A stretch of DNA of 64,000 nt, taken from contig NC_042999.1 of NCBI RefSeq assembly GCF_006345805.1, positions 55,242,001-55,306,000 on the forward strand, read 5' to 3'. Within the stretch, counting starts at the first letter, position 1. Every line of letters starts with the position of its first letter. Origin of the DNA: Octopus sinensis. Lineage: Eukaryota. The position numbers were made by a program, and so were the translations under genes. Positions 11,036-24,610 of the stretch are shown in pieces. The notes under the pieces are model-generated. The model was not told the origin of the DNA. It did not search any database and saw only the letters and a list, made by a program, of their open reading frames with translations.

Positions 11036-14000
11036 GAATAGAGTTGTTCGTTGTAGTACCATACTATTCCACCCCCGCCACCCCCTCTCTCTCTCTCTCT
11101 CTCACACACATACACACAGAGTAGCGCTGAAAGAAACGGTGTTTGGAAGAAGAAGAACATAAATAAGAGAATAAATAAATAAATAAAAGCTGTGTGTGAA
11201 CTGAAGAGAAGTGTTAAGTCAGAAATTAGGGTTAGTGTCTTTGCTTAAAGGCAAAGAGCGGAGGAGAGCGAAGAGCCATCTGTTTGATGTAGCTGGAGGA
11301 GGGGAGGGAGAGGAAGGTTCAGTGAAGTGAGTGACTACTATACCACCACTACCACTACCACGATCATCACCACCACCACCAGCATCATCACTACCATCGC
11401 CACCACCACGACTACTACTACTACCACACCACTACTACCACCACCACCACCACCACCACCACACCACTACTACCACCACCACTGGTATCTAATATCTAGC
11501 TACAATGAACTCGATGTTCGAGGTTTCTGATGAATCGAATTAGCTTGAGAAAGGCATGAAGGTCACAGCTTCCCTCCTCTCTGTACATTAAAGTAACTCA
11601 CCTGTGTCTGAGTAAGAGTTTAAGAGTTGTATCTTATTCCAAGCAGGATATGACACTCAAATCAATAACGTCCCATTATGTGGTTGCCCAACCTGTTCGA
11701 AATAGCAGCCAAATTTCTTTCAATCCATGCACTTAAGTTATCGGAAATGAAAGCGTTTGGTCAAGTGGTTAGAGTGGTGCATCCACGCTCGCAAAGATCG
11801 TGGTTTCGAGTCCTAGACCGGGCAACGCGCTATGTTCTTGGGCAAAACACTTAATTTCACGTTGTTCAAGTCCACTGAACTATCAATGAGTAACCCTACA
11901 ATGGGCTGGCGCCCCATCCAGGGGTAATGTTGTGATCTCGGTCACTTATACTTCATGGAAACCAGGGAACTGGCTGGCCCTACGAACCCTAAGACTCGAG
12001 ACTGTTCTTTACATATAACTCCGATTTCTGAAAGGAACAACGAGATCGGGGTTTCGTCATTATCTATGACCCTCACTTTCTATCCCAGACTTCGATTCAG
12101 TCTAGAATCTGTCCGTGTGGCTGAGGACAGATTATCGTGAGAGACTGCAGGACAGTGGCATGGGAGTCGGAATCCGCTCTGGAGTGCGAAACAACTTACC
12201 TACCGAATCGATCGACCTCGAAAACGGAAAGTCCTGGAAGCTTTCGCAGCTTCTTAGTATCGGCTGACCCGAGCTTGACCGCAGTTGGCATGAAACCTCT
12301 TTCGTCACTTCGGTCTTTGAAGTTCTCGTTCGAATATTTGCTACAACCATCGAGATCTGCAGCCGCGGTGGGCTTCATCTGGGTTCAAACCCACGGTTTC
12401 GGTGCCCAGTCTTCTCTGGCTCACCGCCACAATAAAAGGTAGAGGAAGTTCTCTCTGGCATTAGGGACCAATGTAGTGAAACCACGTGACTTAGTAGTCA
12501 GAGTATGCAGCTAACGATCGTATGGTTGTGAGTTCGATACCCGCATATGCTCCTGTCTAGTCGATAAAAATAGGCTGTACTCGTATTTCAATGGCTCAAG
12601 CCTTGTCACGCTGAATCACCCTAAGAACTATGTTGAGGGTACGCACACGTGTCTGTGGATGTACTCAGCCACTTGTACGTTAAACTCACGATCCGTGTGT
12701 TCTATTGATCGCATCAACTGGAACAGTCATCGTCGGGACTGAGTGCCGGTTTCGTTTCGTTTTAATTTAAATACCCATGACCTAGATGGCGTTGTTGTTT
12801 AGATTCAACAAAGCTCTGATACAGGTGTCCTGCAATATATATATAATATATATACACACGACACACATTTATATACGGCGGGCTTCTTTCAGTTTCCGCC
12901 TGCCAAATCCACTCACAAAGCTTTGGCCTGCCAGAGGCTATAGTAGTAGAAGGCACTTGCCCAAGGTGCCACGCAGTGGGACTGAACCCGGAACCATGTG
13001 GTTGGGAAGCAAGCTTCTTACCACACAGCCACGTCTGCGCCTATGACTAGTTTGAAAGCAAATTCGGTTGCTATTATTTCTACGATGTGCAGTGAGTGGC
13101 CGCATCGATGAGGATCCTGCGTTGGCCTGAATAAAGAGGACCCCTCGTTATCAATAACACCACCACCAACAATTAACCAGCGAGGGCGCTCTCATGTGGG
13201 TGATCGACTTGCTGGAAATGATAACCAAATCTCCCTCAAATCATTCACTACTGCTTAAGAATATTATGAGAAAAAACTGGAATGGTGGAGCTGGGATAAT
13301 TTTGTTTGTCGATCAATTTACTCAATTTAGATTGATCTGCCTAAACAACAACAACAACAACAGTGGAGGCGCAATGGCCCAGCGGTTAGGGCAGCGGACT
13401 CGTGGTCGGAGGATCGCGCTTTCGATTCCCAGACCTGGCGTTGTGTGTATTTATTGAGCGAAAATACCTAAAGCTCCACGAGGCTCCGGCAGGGGGTGGT
13501 GGCGACCCCTGTTGTACTCTTTCGCTCCAACTTTCTCTCACTCTTTCTTCTTGTTTCTTGTCCCCGACTTCCTACGCAACCGCTGAGCCTGGATGCGCAT
13601 TCATCTATCATGTCGATGCTCTCGGTGTCGGGGGGTAAACCTGCTTTCTCTTCTGCGGGTCTTACGAATAGCAAAGGACCACGTTTCGGACTTCTCCCAC
13701 TACAGAGGCGCGATCTTGCGAGCTCTGGGACGAAGACCGCTTCGCTCAACAAACAGCAACAGCAATAGCATCAACGACGACGACGGCAATGATATTTTCT
13801 TTCCTCTTACGATTCCAATAGGAATGGCAAATAAACTGATGCGCGACGCTCTCCACTCCCCTAACCGCATGGAGATGAAACAGTCGAAACAGAGGAAATG
13901 TGTGGCTCTCGTAAGGCAGCACCGATTCAACAGCTGTCGTAACTGGGTTAACAAGGACCGTTAAGGTTACGCGAAGGTCGTAAGGGTTTAGGAGGGCACA

Positions 14001-15089
14001 CTTACAAGGTGCAGTGGTTTAGTCTGGCAGCGAGAATAAATACAACACAACACGAGCCAACAAGGTGGGACTGCTACGTGGTCGTTTAGCCTCCCAGAAA
14101 TAACAGTCAAATCACCATTCGAAATACACCCTACTGCAAAGGATAAATTATATAATGTAATATTATTCTTATTGAAGTAAGATAGTCACGGTTGCAATGT
14201 CTTTGATAGTAAGTCTATTCCGTAAGGGTTGACCTAGGGCTAAAAACAAACAGAAAACAACAAGAACGACAGTAAAACCACTTGAATTGTTGTTGTTTTT
14301 TTGCTAACAACACAATAGCAACGTTAGACGATAAACTGGTTCTCCCTCGATTGCGACGACGAGCGTTCCAGTTGATCCGATCAACGGAAATTCCAGCATT
14401 TGAAATTAACGTGCAAGTGGCTGAGCACCCCATAGATACGTGTACCCTTAATGTAGTTCTCAGGGAAATCAGTGTGACAAGGTTGGCCCTTTTTAGTTAC
14501 AGCTACAACTCATTTATGCCAGCTGAGTGGATTAGAGCAATATGAAATAAAGTGTCTTGCTCAAGGACACAATGCGTAGCCAGGAATTGAACTCATGACC
14601 TTACAACCGTGAGCCAAATGCCCTAACCACTAAGCCACGCGCCTTAATCATCCAGTTGTCTAATCAACTGTACGCCCGACTCGTTAATTAACATTTTAGT
14701 GGTTGAGTATTCCGTTGATACACTAAATTCTCAGGTAGAATCAGTGCGACGCAGTGTGTAACAAGGCTGTACATTTTGAGTAACAGGTTCAAACCCACCG
14801 GACGGTCTTGTATACACTTTCCGTTGACCTTGAATCAACTTGGAAAATGACATTTGCTCAAGACACCAGTCGTAAGGATCGAGCCAGGGACCACGTGCAC
14901 CACTCAGCCATTAATAACTGCAACATTCTCACAACCTTTCCCAACACCACAAAATCGCTACAGTAACAATAGCAACACTGGCAGTAGTATAGCAGTAACG
15001 TTAAAGACTTTAGCAACAACGATAGCAACAGGTACAATGTAACATAAAGCGATCAGATTAGCAATAGCATCAGGTAGTGGTTTCGAATT

Positions 15090-15470
15090 TTGGCACAAGG
15101 CCAAATTTAGGTGGAAGAGCACTAGTCGATTACAACGACCCCAGTATTTCACTGGTACTTAAATTTATCGACCCCCGAAAGGATAAAAGGCAAAGTCGAC
15201 CTCGGCAGAATTTGAACTCAGAACGTAGCGGCAGACGAAATACCTATTTCTTTATTACCCACAAGGGGCTAAACATAGAGGGGACAAACAAGGACAGACA
15301 TAGGTATTAAGTCGATTACATCTACCCCAGTGCATAACTGGTACTTAATTTATCGACCCCGAAAGGATGAAAGGCAAAGTCGACCTCGGCAGAATTTGAA
15401 CTCAGAACGTAGCGGCAGACGAAATACTGCAAAGCATTTCGTGCTAACGTTTCTGCCAGCTCACCACATT
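15090..15470 (-). mobile_element. SINE family B copy (GGCGAGCTGGCAGAAACGTTAGCAC head; GTCGACTTTGCCTTTCATCCTTTCGGGGTCGATAAATTAAGTACCAG core)
   Basis: Two internal ~185-bp units. Other copies lie at 27290-27500(+), 30250-30460(-), 39752-40160(+), 52300-52720(-), 54630-55605(-) and 56245-56400(+). From memory the core resembles the Meta-type SINE central domain (not verified). Confidence 0.85.
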
Positions 15471-16879
15471 AATAATAACAATAATAACAATAATAATAAT
15501 AATAATAATAATAATTAGTCAGTGCACGAGCATCAATTTGAGAGTTGTTGCTTAGCCCTAGGACTCCAGTAAATCTATAATCAAAGAACGTTCCATTCTT
15601 GACCGTGCATTTAATAGTTTGATGTCGACATGGACGAGTGGTTAAGCTATTCACTTGGCAGTCCTGAGAGTCCAGATTCGAACTCGCCACGCGATACCAT
15701 TTACCATAGCTGACTGACCGGCATCATCTGAGTGAAACGGGTCGATGAAAACCGTAAGGTAAGCTACCGGGTGGATTGTACTCGTAATTCAATAATTCAG
15801 ACTTGTCACATCGATTCAACATGAAAATTGTGTCAAGGCACACATGTTAGCGGAATATTCAACCACACACACACGTTAATTTAATGTGTGGAGAGTTCAG
15901 TTGATAGAACAAACACGGGAATACTCATGGTCGAAAACAGCGAAAAACCTTATTATATTTTCACTACATTAGCCATGTGTCATATTCTTTTTAAAGACAG
16001 ATGAGTGTGACTGGATAAAGATTCGGCTGCTATTTCTAGCAAATCTCGCAACCATGTAATAGGAGACAAGGAAACTAGGCTGTTGTGGTAGTCGTTCTTC
16101 GTCAATCGGCGGACAGAGTAATAAACACACGGCGTGGCTGTGTGGTAAGAAGCTTGCTTCCCAACCACATGGTTCTGGGTTCAGTCCCACTGCGTGACAC
16201 CTTGGGGTTAGTGTCTTCTACTATAGCTTCACGCTAGAGTGGATTTGGTAGACGGAAACTGAAAGAAGCCCGTCGTGCATATATTAGTGTGTCTGTGTTT
16301 GTTCCCTCCGCTATCGCTTGACAACCGATGTTGGTATGTTTACATCCTCGTAACATAGCGGTTCGGCATAAATGACCGATGGAATAAGTACTAGGCTTAC
16401 AAAGAATAAGTCCCGGGGTCGATTTGTTCGATTAAAGGCGGTGCTCCAGCATGACCGCAGTCAAATGACTTAAACAAGTGAAAGAATATATATTCACTTG
16501 CAAGGCCCGCAATGGGATTGAACACGAAACCACGTGGTTGCGAAGCGAATTCCTAATTTCCTAACTACGCAACTAGGCACCACATAAAACTGATTTCAGT
16601 CGTTAAATGATTCCTGGAAAATATTTTGGTCAATATTTTTGGTATTTGAAGAATTTAAACATGATTTGCGTTTTTTATATTTTACTTGTTTCAGGCCGTG
16701 GCCATGCTGGGGCACCAACTTGAAGCACTTTTAGTCGAATGAATCGACCCCAGTACTTATTTTTTAAGCATCGTACTTATTCTATCGGTCCCTTTTTTGC
16801 GAACCAGTAAGTTACAGGACGTAAACACACCAAGACCGGTTGCCAAACGGTGGTGGGTACAGACACACACACACACACA

Positions 16880-16921
<42 letters not shown>

Positions 16922-17484
16922 GATGGGCTTCTTTCAATTTACGTCTACCAAATCCGCTCACAAGGCTTTGGTCGTCTGTAGCAGAAGACATTTGTCCAAG
17001 GTACCACGCAGTGGGACTGAACCCGGAACCATGTGGTTGGCAAGCAAACTTCTAACCACGCAGCCTTGCCATTTCAAACACCGGAATGATGGTGACAGAC
17101 ATGTCACCACATTTCTTCGTTATATTCCCGATTAATCGAAACAAACGCAGTATTTTTCAGCAGGAATACGGTAACCAAAGGGTTCCATTACCGTACAATG
17201 CAAATAACTTCGAAAGTGGTCCGGGGCCCTCATCCCAATAACTTGAGAGATTGTTCCTGTTGTACATAGAATGGTTTATTTCCGCATTTCTTCAAACAAC
17301 GATATTAAAGAACGTTTATGTGGCAATTGCACTATAGCAGGGGTGGCTGTGTGGTAAGAAGCTTGCTTCCCAACCCCATGGTTCTGGGTTCAGTCCCACT
17401 GCGCGGTACCTTGGGCAAGTGTTTTCTACTCTAGCCTCGGGCCGACCGAAGACTTGATGGTGGATTTGAAAGAAGCCCGTCGTG

Positions 17485-17517
<33 letters not shown>

Positions 17518-18184
17518 TTAACGTTTGTGTATCTGTGTTTGTCCGCTCCCACAATCGCTTGACAACCGATGCTGGTGTATTTACGCCCCCGTAATATAGC
17601 GGTTCGACAAAAGAGAACGATAGAATAAATACTAAGCTTACAAAGAATAAGTCATGGGGGTTGGTTTGTTCGACTAAAAGGCGGTGCTCCAGCATGACTG
17701 CAGTCAAATGGCTGAAACAAGTAAAAGAATATGTGTGTGTGGTGTGTGTGTGTGTGTGTCTTTGTATCTGTGTTTGTCTCCCACCACCGCTTGACAACCG
17801 GTGTTGGTGTATTTACGTTCATGCAATTTAGCACTTCGGCCAAAGAGAACGATAGAGTAAGTACCAGGCTTAAAAAAAAAAAAGAAAGAAACTACTGAGG
17901 TCGATTCATTCGACTGAAAACACTTCAAGGTAGAGCCCCAGCATAGCCGCAGTCTAATGACCGAAACAAGTAAAGCGTGTAAGGTATATTAATTGAAATT
18001 CTGTTCAGGCGAAAGTGAAATTGGTAGGTAAAAGACAGCGGCGCGCTGAAGCCAGTTCTTCAGGTAGTTGACTGAACGGCCAGGCGCCAAACTGGGCCTC
18101 GCTTCTCTATAAATGCTCATCACGCTTAAAATTCCTTTACCAACTCACTCATGCATTTAATAATGTCTTGCTTGTCCGGAATCC

Positions 18185-18578
18185 CTCCCTCCCTGTACCT
18201 GTCTGTCTATCTATCTATCTCTTTCTATTTATCTATCTATCTCTATCTGTCTGTCTATCTATTTGTCTAGCTATGTATCTATCTACATCTAGCTGTCTGT
18301 CTATCTATCTATCTCTCTATCTGTTTCTCTGTGTATCTATCTATCTATCTCTATTTCTCTGGCTATCTATCTATCTACCTATCTATCTATCTCTCTATCT
18401 GTTTCTCTGTGTATCTATCTATCTACTATCTGTTTCTCTGTTTATCTATCTATCTATCTATCTATCTACCTCTAGCTGTCTCTCTATCTATCTATCTATC
18501 TATCTATCTCTCTATCTATTTCTCTGTGTATCTATCTATCTATTTCTCTCTCTCTCTCTCTATCTATCTATCTATTTA
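18185..18578. repeat. Degenerate (TCTA)n microsatellite
   Basis: Visible tetranucleotide array. It explains the spurious ORFs 18168..18587 and 18331..18579. Confidence 0.95.
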
Positions 18579-20130
18579 AATAAATAAATATATAAAGCGG
18601 CAGTTTATTAAAACGGATCTAAACTGAGCAGTTCAATCACTTATTTCTGACAGGAGTGGGTCAGTCGTTCTCATCGACTCGAGTACATAATTAAGAGAAG
18701 GTAAAATGGAATGTTTAAAACAACGAAAGGTATAGATTTGGCCCCAAAGTGTTAAACTAGCCACACTAAACTATTTTCCGAGGAGTCATCTTAAACAGAT
18801 GCGATGAATGGAACACAAAATATGATGTTTTGATGGTCAGTTTCTTTCCTAATGCACCAGAAATGGTAAAATGTGTGGTAACATGGACTGGAAATATCCA
18901 TGGAATCTTCTACCACAGAAGCAGAGAACCAGTATAAGAAGTGGGTAATTTCGAGTCCAATAAATTGACGCCCCTAGTTGTCACAGTACTTGCTAGAAAT
19001 AGCAGCCAAATCTCACTTAAAACCACACCCTGCCATCTTACAAAAGGATAAACTGGATAATGCAGAAAGATCAGATATATGGCCACGGTTGGAATCTCTT
19101 CTGATCATCTCTCACTTCTTGTGAGGTTGACCTGGGGTTAAACAACGGCAGCTTTTTTTTTTATGTTCCTATGGTGTCTTTTAGCTCCAGGTCAAACTTG
19201 ATTGAGCATACCTGTGATCAAAAGTGCTCTAACCATGCCGTCCTGCCTCTTTTCATTCCCAGTATATTTTAAACTATATTATCCAATAAGCCCTTTCTCA
19301 TTTAAAACAGTGGGGTGCGGATAAGCGGGGAATTTGACTACCATTTCTACCATGACGCTCGATACGTTCAGACTCCTTCATTGGCGCGTGCGACTAGTTT
19401 TTCATTAGTAAAGGTGGACACATTCCTGGGGTCCTGTTAAAATTGGATCTATCCCAGTTGATTGTGAAAATTATTTTGTTGATTTCAGTGGGTATTGAAC
19501 ACGGAACGAGGAAGTCCAAAGTTAGATGTTGCACCGTTTATGATAAGCCTCCTTTATAGAGAAAGAATCTGTTGCTCTCACGTTTATCTCAACTTCCCGC
19601 CTTTTACTTCAATTACTGATAACATGCTACATTACATGTGAAGCCAGTGGAGGAGGTCGGTCGCACGACCTGTTAGAAACAGCAGCCAAATCCCCATGAC
19701 CGTCACTACCTTAAACAGCAAAAGGACACATTAGATTACGTAGTCCTACAAAAAATTAAACGGGATGGTCACGGTTAGAATACCTTTGACCATAGGCCTG
19801 TTCGATGAGAATTGACCTGGGTTTAAACAACTAGAAATCTCCTTCAAATCTCATTTAGTAATTAAAAATATGAACAGGACATACTGAATAATACAAAAGA
19901 AGGAGTGGGTATGGTTGGAATGTCTTTGGTCACAGCTGACTTGGGGCTAAGCAACAGCTGTTGATAACAAGGAATTCTGAGACACAAACCTACACATTCG
20001 GGCGGGCCCAAGGTGGAAGGGAATGAATCGATCCCAAAGTATGACTGGTAGTCTATTTTAAGGACCAGTCCTTGAAGGATGTAAGGTTAAATTTAACCTT
20101 AGCGGGATTTGGGCTCACAAAGGTTCAAGT

Positions 20131-20372
20131 CAGTGGTTCTCGCCCGGATACCATATATGGTCCTTGGAGTCCATAAAAGATTCTTTTGGAATAGATTAGA
20201 TTATAATTCTACAATACACAAAATGTTTTAGCAAATTTTTAAATACAATTCCTAATGATATTCAATTCTAAAAATAAAACAGGATTTTTTAAACGTCAAA
20301 TAACTATGAGGGTCCACCCTAGAGAGACAGGGATCGAAGGGGTCCATAGATAAAAAAGAAAGGCTGAGAACG
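20131..20372. mobile_element. Possible hAT-Charlie-type MITE remnant
   Basis: Starts CAGTGGTTCTC and ends GGGGTCCATAGATAAAAAAGAAAGGCTGAGAAC. Confidence 0.4.
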
Positions 20373-21568
20373 TAACGCAAATTACCCTGTATTTATCGAT
20401 TCTACCGTCCATCCCAACCGTCATGTTCTTTCGTTTCAACCACCCTGATCACCACCGTTGATACGCACACAGGGCCACATATCGAATTCGGCCCTTGGCT
20501 GGATTTGAACACAGAAAGTGATATCACCCCTTATCTATACACCGAAGTAATTTCTCCGATGCTCGACAGTTTCTGCAAATAGTTTATTATATAGATAGAA
20601 AGGCAATCCTTCGATATTGGTACACGATCTCATTTACACACACACACAACCTCCCCCTCATGGTGATAGGCTGAAAAAGAGGGTCAAAGATTTCGTTTCC
20701 TCACACTGACACTTTCTAGACCAATATCGAAGGAATACCGATACAAAGTCAAACATTTTGCAAGGGGCTTGCTAGTGAAGCCCCGGAAGGAGATAAAATG
20801 CAAATTTGCCCGCGGCGGAATTTCAATGCAGAACATGAAAACGCAATGGCACGTAAAATATTAAAAATAATTGTTTCTAACGAAAGCAGACAGAATTTTC
20901 GAGGAGTTGGGGCGGGGAAGGGTTAGGTGATTGATACACTCTCAGTTTTGAACTGGTATTTGATTTTATCGACCCCCCCACCTCCAGCAGGATGATAGGA
21001 AACGTTGAATGCTGTGGAATTTGAACTGAAAGTAAAATGCCTAAAAAATTGTTAAAGGTTGGGTCCCAAACTCAGAACATAAAGGGCCGAATGAAATACT
21101 ACAAGGTATTTTTTCGACGCTAGGACGAATCTGCCAGCTCGTCACCCTTAGTGCTTCTGATTGAGGCACAGTACCGGCAATTTTGAGGGGAGCGGGGTTA
21201 GTCGGATCCATAGAACCCCAGGCTTTGACGAGTACGTTATGTTATCAACCCCGGAGGGATGAAAGGCAAAGCTGACCTCGGTGGTATTTGAACTCAGAAC
21301 GTAACGGTGCGCAATAATAATATTAATAATAATAATATAAGGACCTTTTGGGTGGGATGGGCTACTCGATCTGAAGAAAATTCTAACTGGGCCCCACCTG
21401 CAAGGTCATGCCTTGTTTATCTTGATATGAAATCACCATGTCGCGCACATCTGGTTGTGATGCATGTGCCTGGTGTACCCTTATCAGACGGGTAGTCATG
21501 ACGGGTATACTGGGCTTCGTATGTTCTACCCCAGTGTCACTTTGACGGCATGCACTGCTCTCTCACTC

Positions 21569-21623
<55 letters not shown>

Positions 21624-21847
21624 GTAATACTTCTTTCTGCTGTAGGCACCAGCCCTGACCTGAAATTTTTAGGGAGGGTTGAGAGTCTATTCGATTGTAT
21701 CAACCTCAACACTCAACTGGTATTTATTTCATTCACGTCGATGGGATGAAAGGCAAAATCGGCCTGCGCGGAATTTGAACTCAAAGCGTAAAAACATTTA
21801 AGTGCACAAAACTTTTATAATAACAGAATGATATAATAACAAGAATG

Positions 21848-21856
21848 ACTTACCTG
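21848..21856 (-). promoter_or_regulatory. 5' splice donor of the CYP exon
   Basis: Minus strand CAG|GTAAGT, a perfect consensus. The intron starts at 21853. Confidence 0.9.
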
Positions 21857-22999
21857 GACTTTGTGTACGGATCCACGATTTTCCTTCCTTAGCAACTCGG
21901 GGAAAATACCGAGAAAAGGCCATCCTTTAGGCCCCGGAAGTTGTTTTAAGGGGTACGGAGCTGTAGAGGAATTTTTACCCGTTGTCGGTGGAGATCGTGC
22001 TTTAAGAGTAGTAGTAGTTGTTGTAGTAGTAGTAGTAGTAGAACCGTTGGTGATCAGTGATCGAACTGAACGATTGAGGAGCGTCGATGTTAACCAAGCT
22101 GGTCTCCGTAACGTTGCTGTGAACATCACAGGACAACAGGATCGTCTGGTTGCTAGATCGAATCCGTTGCAGTGCTCTGATACCGTTAGAGCTCGCCCTA
22201 CCCATGGTTTTGACACTGGTGTTGTTGTTGTTGATGATGATGATGATGATGGTGAGGAGGAGGAGAATGATGCTGTGGACAAGTGAGATGATGATGGTGA
22301 TGCTGATTGTGGTGTTGCTGTTGTTGATGATGATGATGATGATGATGATGAAGAATATAATAATGATGATGGTGATGATGATGGAGAAAATAATAGTGAA
22401 GATGATGGTGGTGATGATGATGATAACGATGATATTGAAGATGATGATGACGACGACGACCACGACGACGATGATGATGAAGAGGGCAAAAGTGCAGGTG
22501 ATGAAGATGATAAGTTTGACGTCGTCAACGGCGATGAAGACGACGGTGATAATGTTGATAATGATGATGATGACGACGATGATGATGTCCTACAGACTCT
22601 TGTCGTTGATGTTGCTGTTGTTGTTAACGAAGCGATGCGATTATCGCCCAAACTATCATTACTAGTACGGCTATATCTGCTGCCTTCACAAACATGATTA
22701 ATATTACTATTATTATTATTATTATAATTATTATTATTGTTATTATTATTATTACAATTATTACTACTACAACGTGAGGTTATAGCTCGGATATTACTAT
22801 AAATATTGTTATTACTACAACAACGGCGAGCAGTAGTAGTTTTAGAAATACTACGTAAAGTAGTGGTTGTAGTAGAAATGTCGTTAGTGGCACCCGTACA
22901 GGCACCCGTTGTTGTGTGTTTAGGTAAGTGTAGCAATCGATATAGGCCCCTGGGAACGTGGCCAGATACCACCCTCCGTAAAAGGGTTGACTCGGCCAT
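21854..22999 (-). CDS. First coding exon of a mitochondrial-clan cytochrome P450 (CYP24/CYP27-like N-terminus); partial gene
   Basis: The ORF ends PYPLKQLPGPKGWPFLGIFPELLRKENRGSVHKVQ, matching the proline-rich hinge of mitochondrial CYPs (from memory, cf. CYP24A1 [29 protein letters not shown]). It is followed by CAG|GTAAGT in phase 0, the intron-1 position I recall for CYP24/27. In-frame ATGs are at 22999 (382 codons to the donor) and 22126 (91 codons; MFTATLRRPAWLTSTLLNRSVRSL looks like a presequence). The exact subfamily cannot be determined. Confidence 0.85.
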
Positions 23000-23071
23000 A
23001 TGTTTTTGTCGGGCCGACTTGTTCCAGCCGGACACACTCTCTCTCACCTCAGGCACGCCACGCCGATATCT

Positions 23072-23100
23072 GGTCTGTGGAGGAAAAATAGGAACAACAA
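23072..23100 (-). promoter_or_regulatory. Putative 3' splice acceptor upstream of the CYP ATG (exon would start at 23074)
   Basis: Minus strand TTGTTGTTCCTATTTTTCCTCCACAG|ACC: a polypyrimidine tract plus CAG. Confidence 0.55.
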
Positions 23101-23139
23101 GCAGGCCAACCGAACACCACAAGAGGACGGTATGTATAT

Positions 23140-23492
23140 AGCGAGCACCGGTGGTGGTGATGGTGGTGGTGGTGGTAGTGGCGGCGTCGGCGGCGGCAGT
23201 GGTGGTGAATGGAAGGCGAGGCAGAGGAAAGGAGGAATAAACTAGGATTGTGGTGGGAGGGATAGGGTTAGTGGAAGAAGAAGAAGAAGAAGTGGGAGAA
23301 AGAAAGAAAGCGAGAGAGAGGTGGAGGGGCGGAGGAGGAGAGAGGGGAATGGAAGAGGAGGAGGAAGAAAACAGGCGCGAGAGCGTGAGGGGGGGAGAGA
23401 GGGGGAGTAAGCGGAAACAAATTCACACACAAAAAAACCAGAAAAAAAACTATGTGAATAAATATGATGATGATGATGATAATGATGATGAT

Positions 23493-23541
<49 letters not shown>

Positions 23542-23828
23542 GTAATAATAATATTTAGGGAAAAAACCTAAGGAATTGAAAGAACGTGAGAGTTTGGGAT
23601 AGGGAGAGAAGGAAAAAAAAGGTAAAGGGGTGATACAGAAAGGGTGGATGATGTGGAGAGGTGGTGGGGGAGAGTAGGGGACAGAATATAGGGGACAGGA
23701 GATTGTGCGTTAGAGATGGTGGTGGTGGTGGTGGTTTTGAGAGAGAGAGAAAGAAAGTATATAACAACTAGATAAACTATAATAAACAACAATAATAAAT
23801 AATGATGATGATGATGATGATAATGATG

Positions 23829-23871
<43 letters not shown>

Positions 23872-23982
23872 TGGTAATAAATGAGTAAGAAATGAGAGAG
23901 GGGGGGCGGAATTGGTGAAGTATGAACCTTGTGTTCAGATGTATGCTATCTGTGTGTGTGTATGTGTAAATATATGAGGTAT

Positions 23983-24020
<38 letters not shown>

Positions 24021-24569
24021 AAGAGTGTGTGTGTGTGTGTGGTGTGTGTGTGTGCGTAAGAGTGTGTGTGTGGGAGTGTTGGTGTTTTACGTAAATTGGG
24101 ACCAGTTCGAAATAGCGCGTGTTAAAATGATCGGTGCGTCGACCAAAAAAAACTTTCTCCCAATTCAAAGTAACAATAAATAACAAGCGAAGACGAGTGT
24201 CCGTTACAGTGAAGAAGAAGAAGAAGAAGAAGAAGAAGAAGAAGAAGAAGAAGAAGACCCAAGGAAACACGTTCGTTTCATCAAACACCCTTCACAAACC
24301 AAACTTCTCTTTTTTTTTGTTTCCCCCCCGTTTTTTTCCTTTTTTATCCTTTCTGTTCACCCTCTTTCTTTTATCTCCCTTGTCCGTCCCCCTTGTAAAT
24401 TTCTTCTCTATATCGTCGCCATCAGAATCTTCTCTTTCCTCACATCGTTCATCTGTTTGTAACTTCACTTTTAAGTGTTGCCGCTGTTATATATACATAT
24501 ATACAAACCACAAACACACCGACACACACACACATATATATATATGCATACACACATGTACGCACACAC

Positions 24570-24610
<41 letters not shown>

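Noticed and set aside
11596-11604. Sense-strand donor CAG|GTGAGT
   Set aside because: The upstream sequence has stops or no CYP similarity in all frames and runs into a repeat remnant.
17995-18140. Possible CYP exon 2 (SIYREARPSLAPGRSV or KRGPVWRL in minus frames)
   Set aside because: No good acceptor, no YG motif in frame, and early stops. The similarity is too short to trust.
23047-23074. 27-nt microexon between the 23074 acceptor and GAG|GTGAGA at 23047
   Set aside because: There is no independent support, and I found no compatible downstream acceptor that keeps a start codon and presequence.
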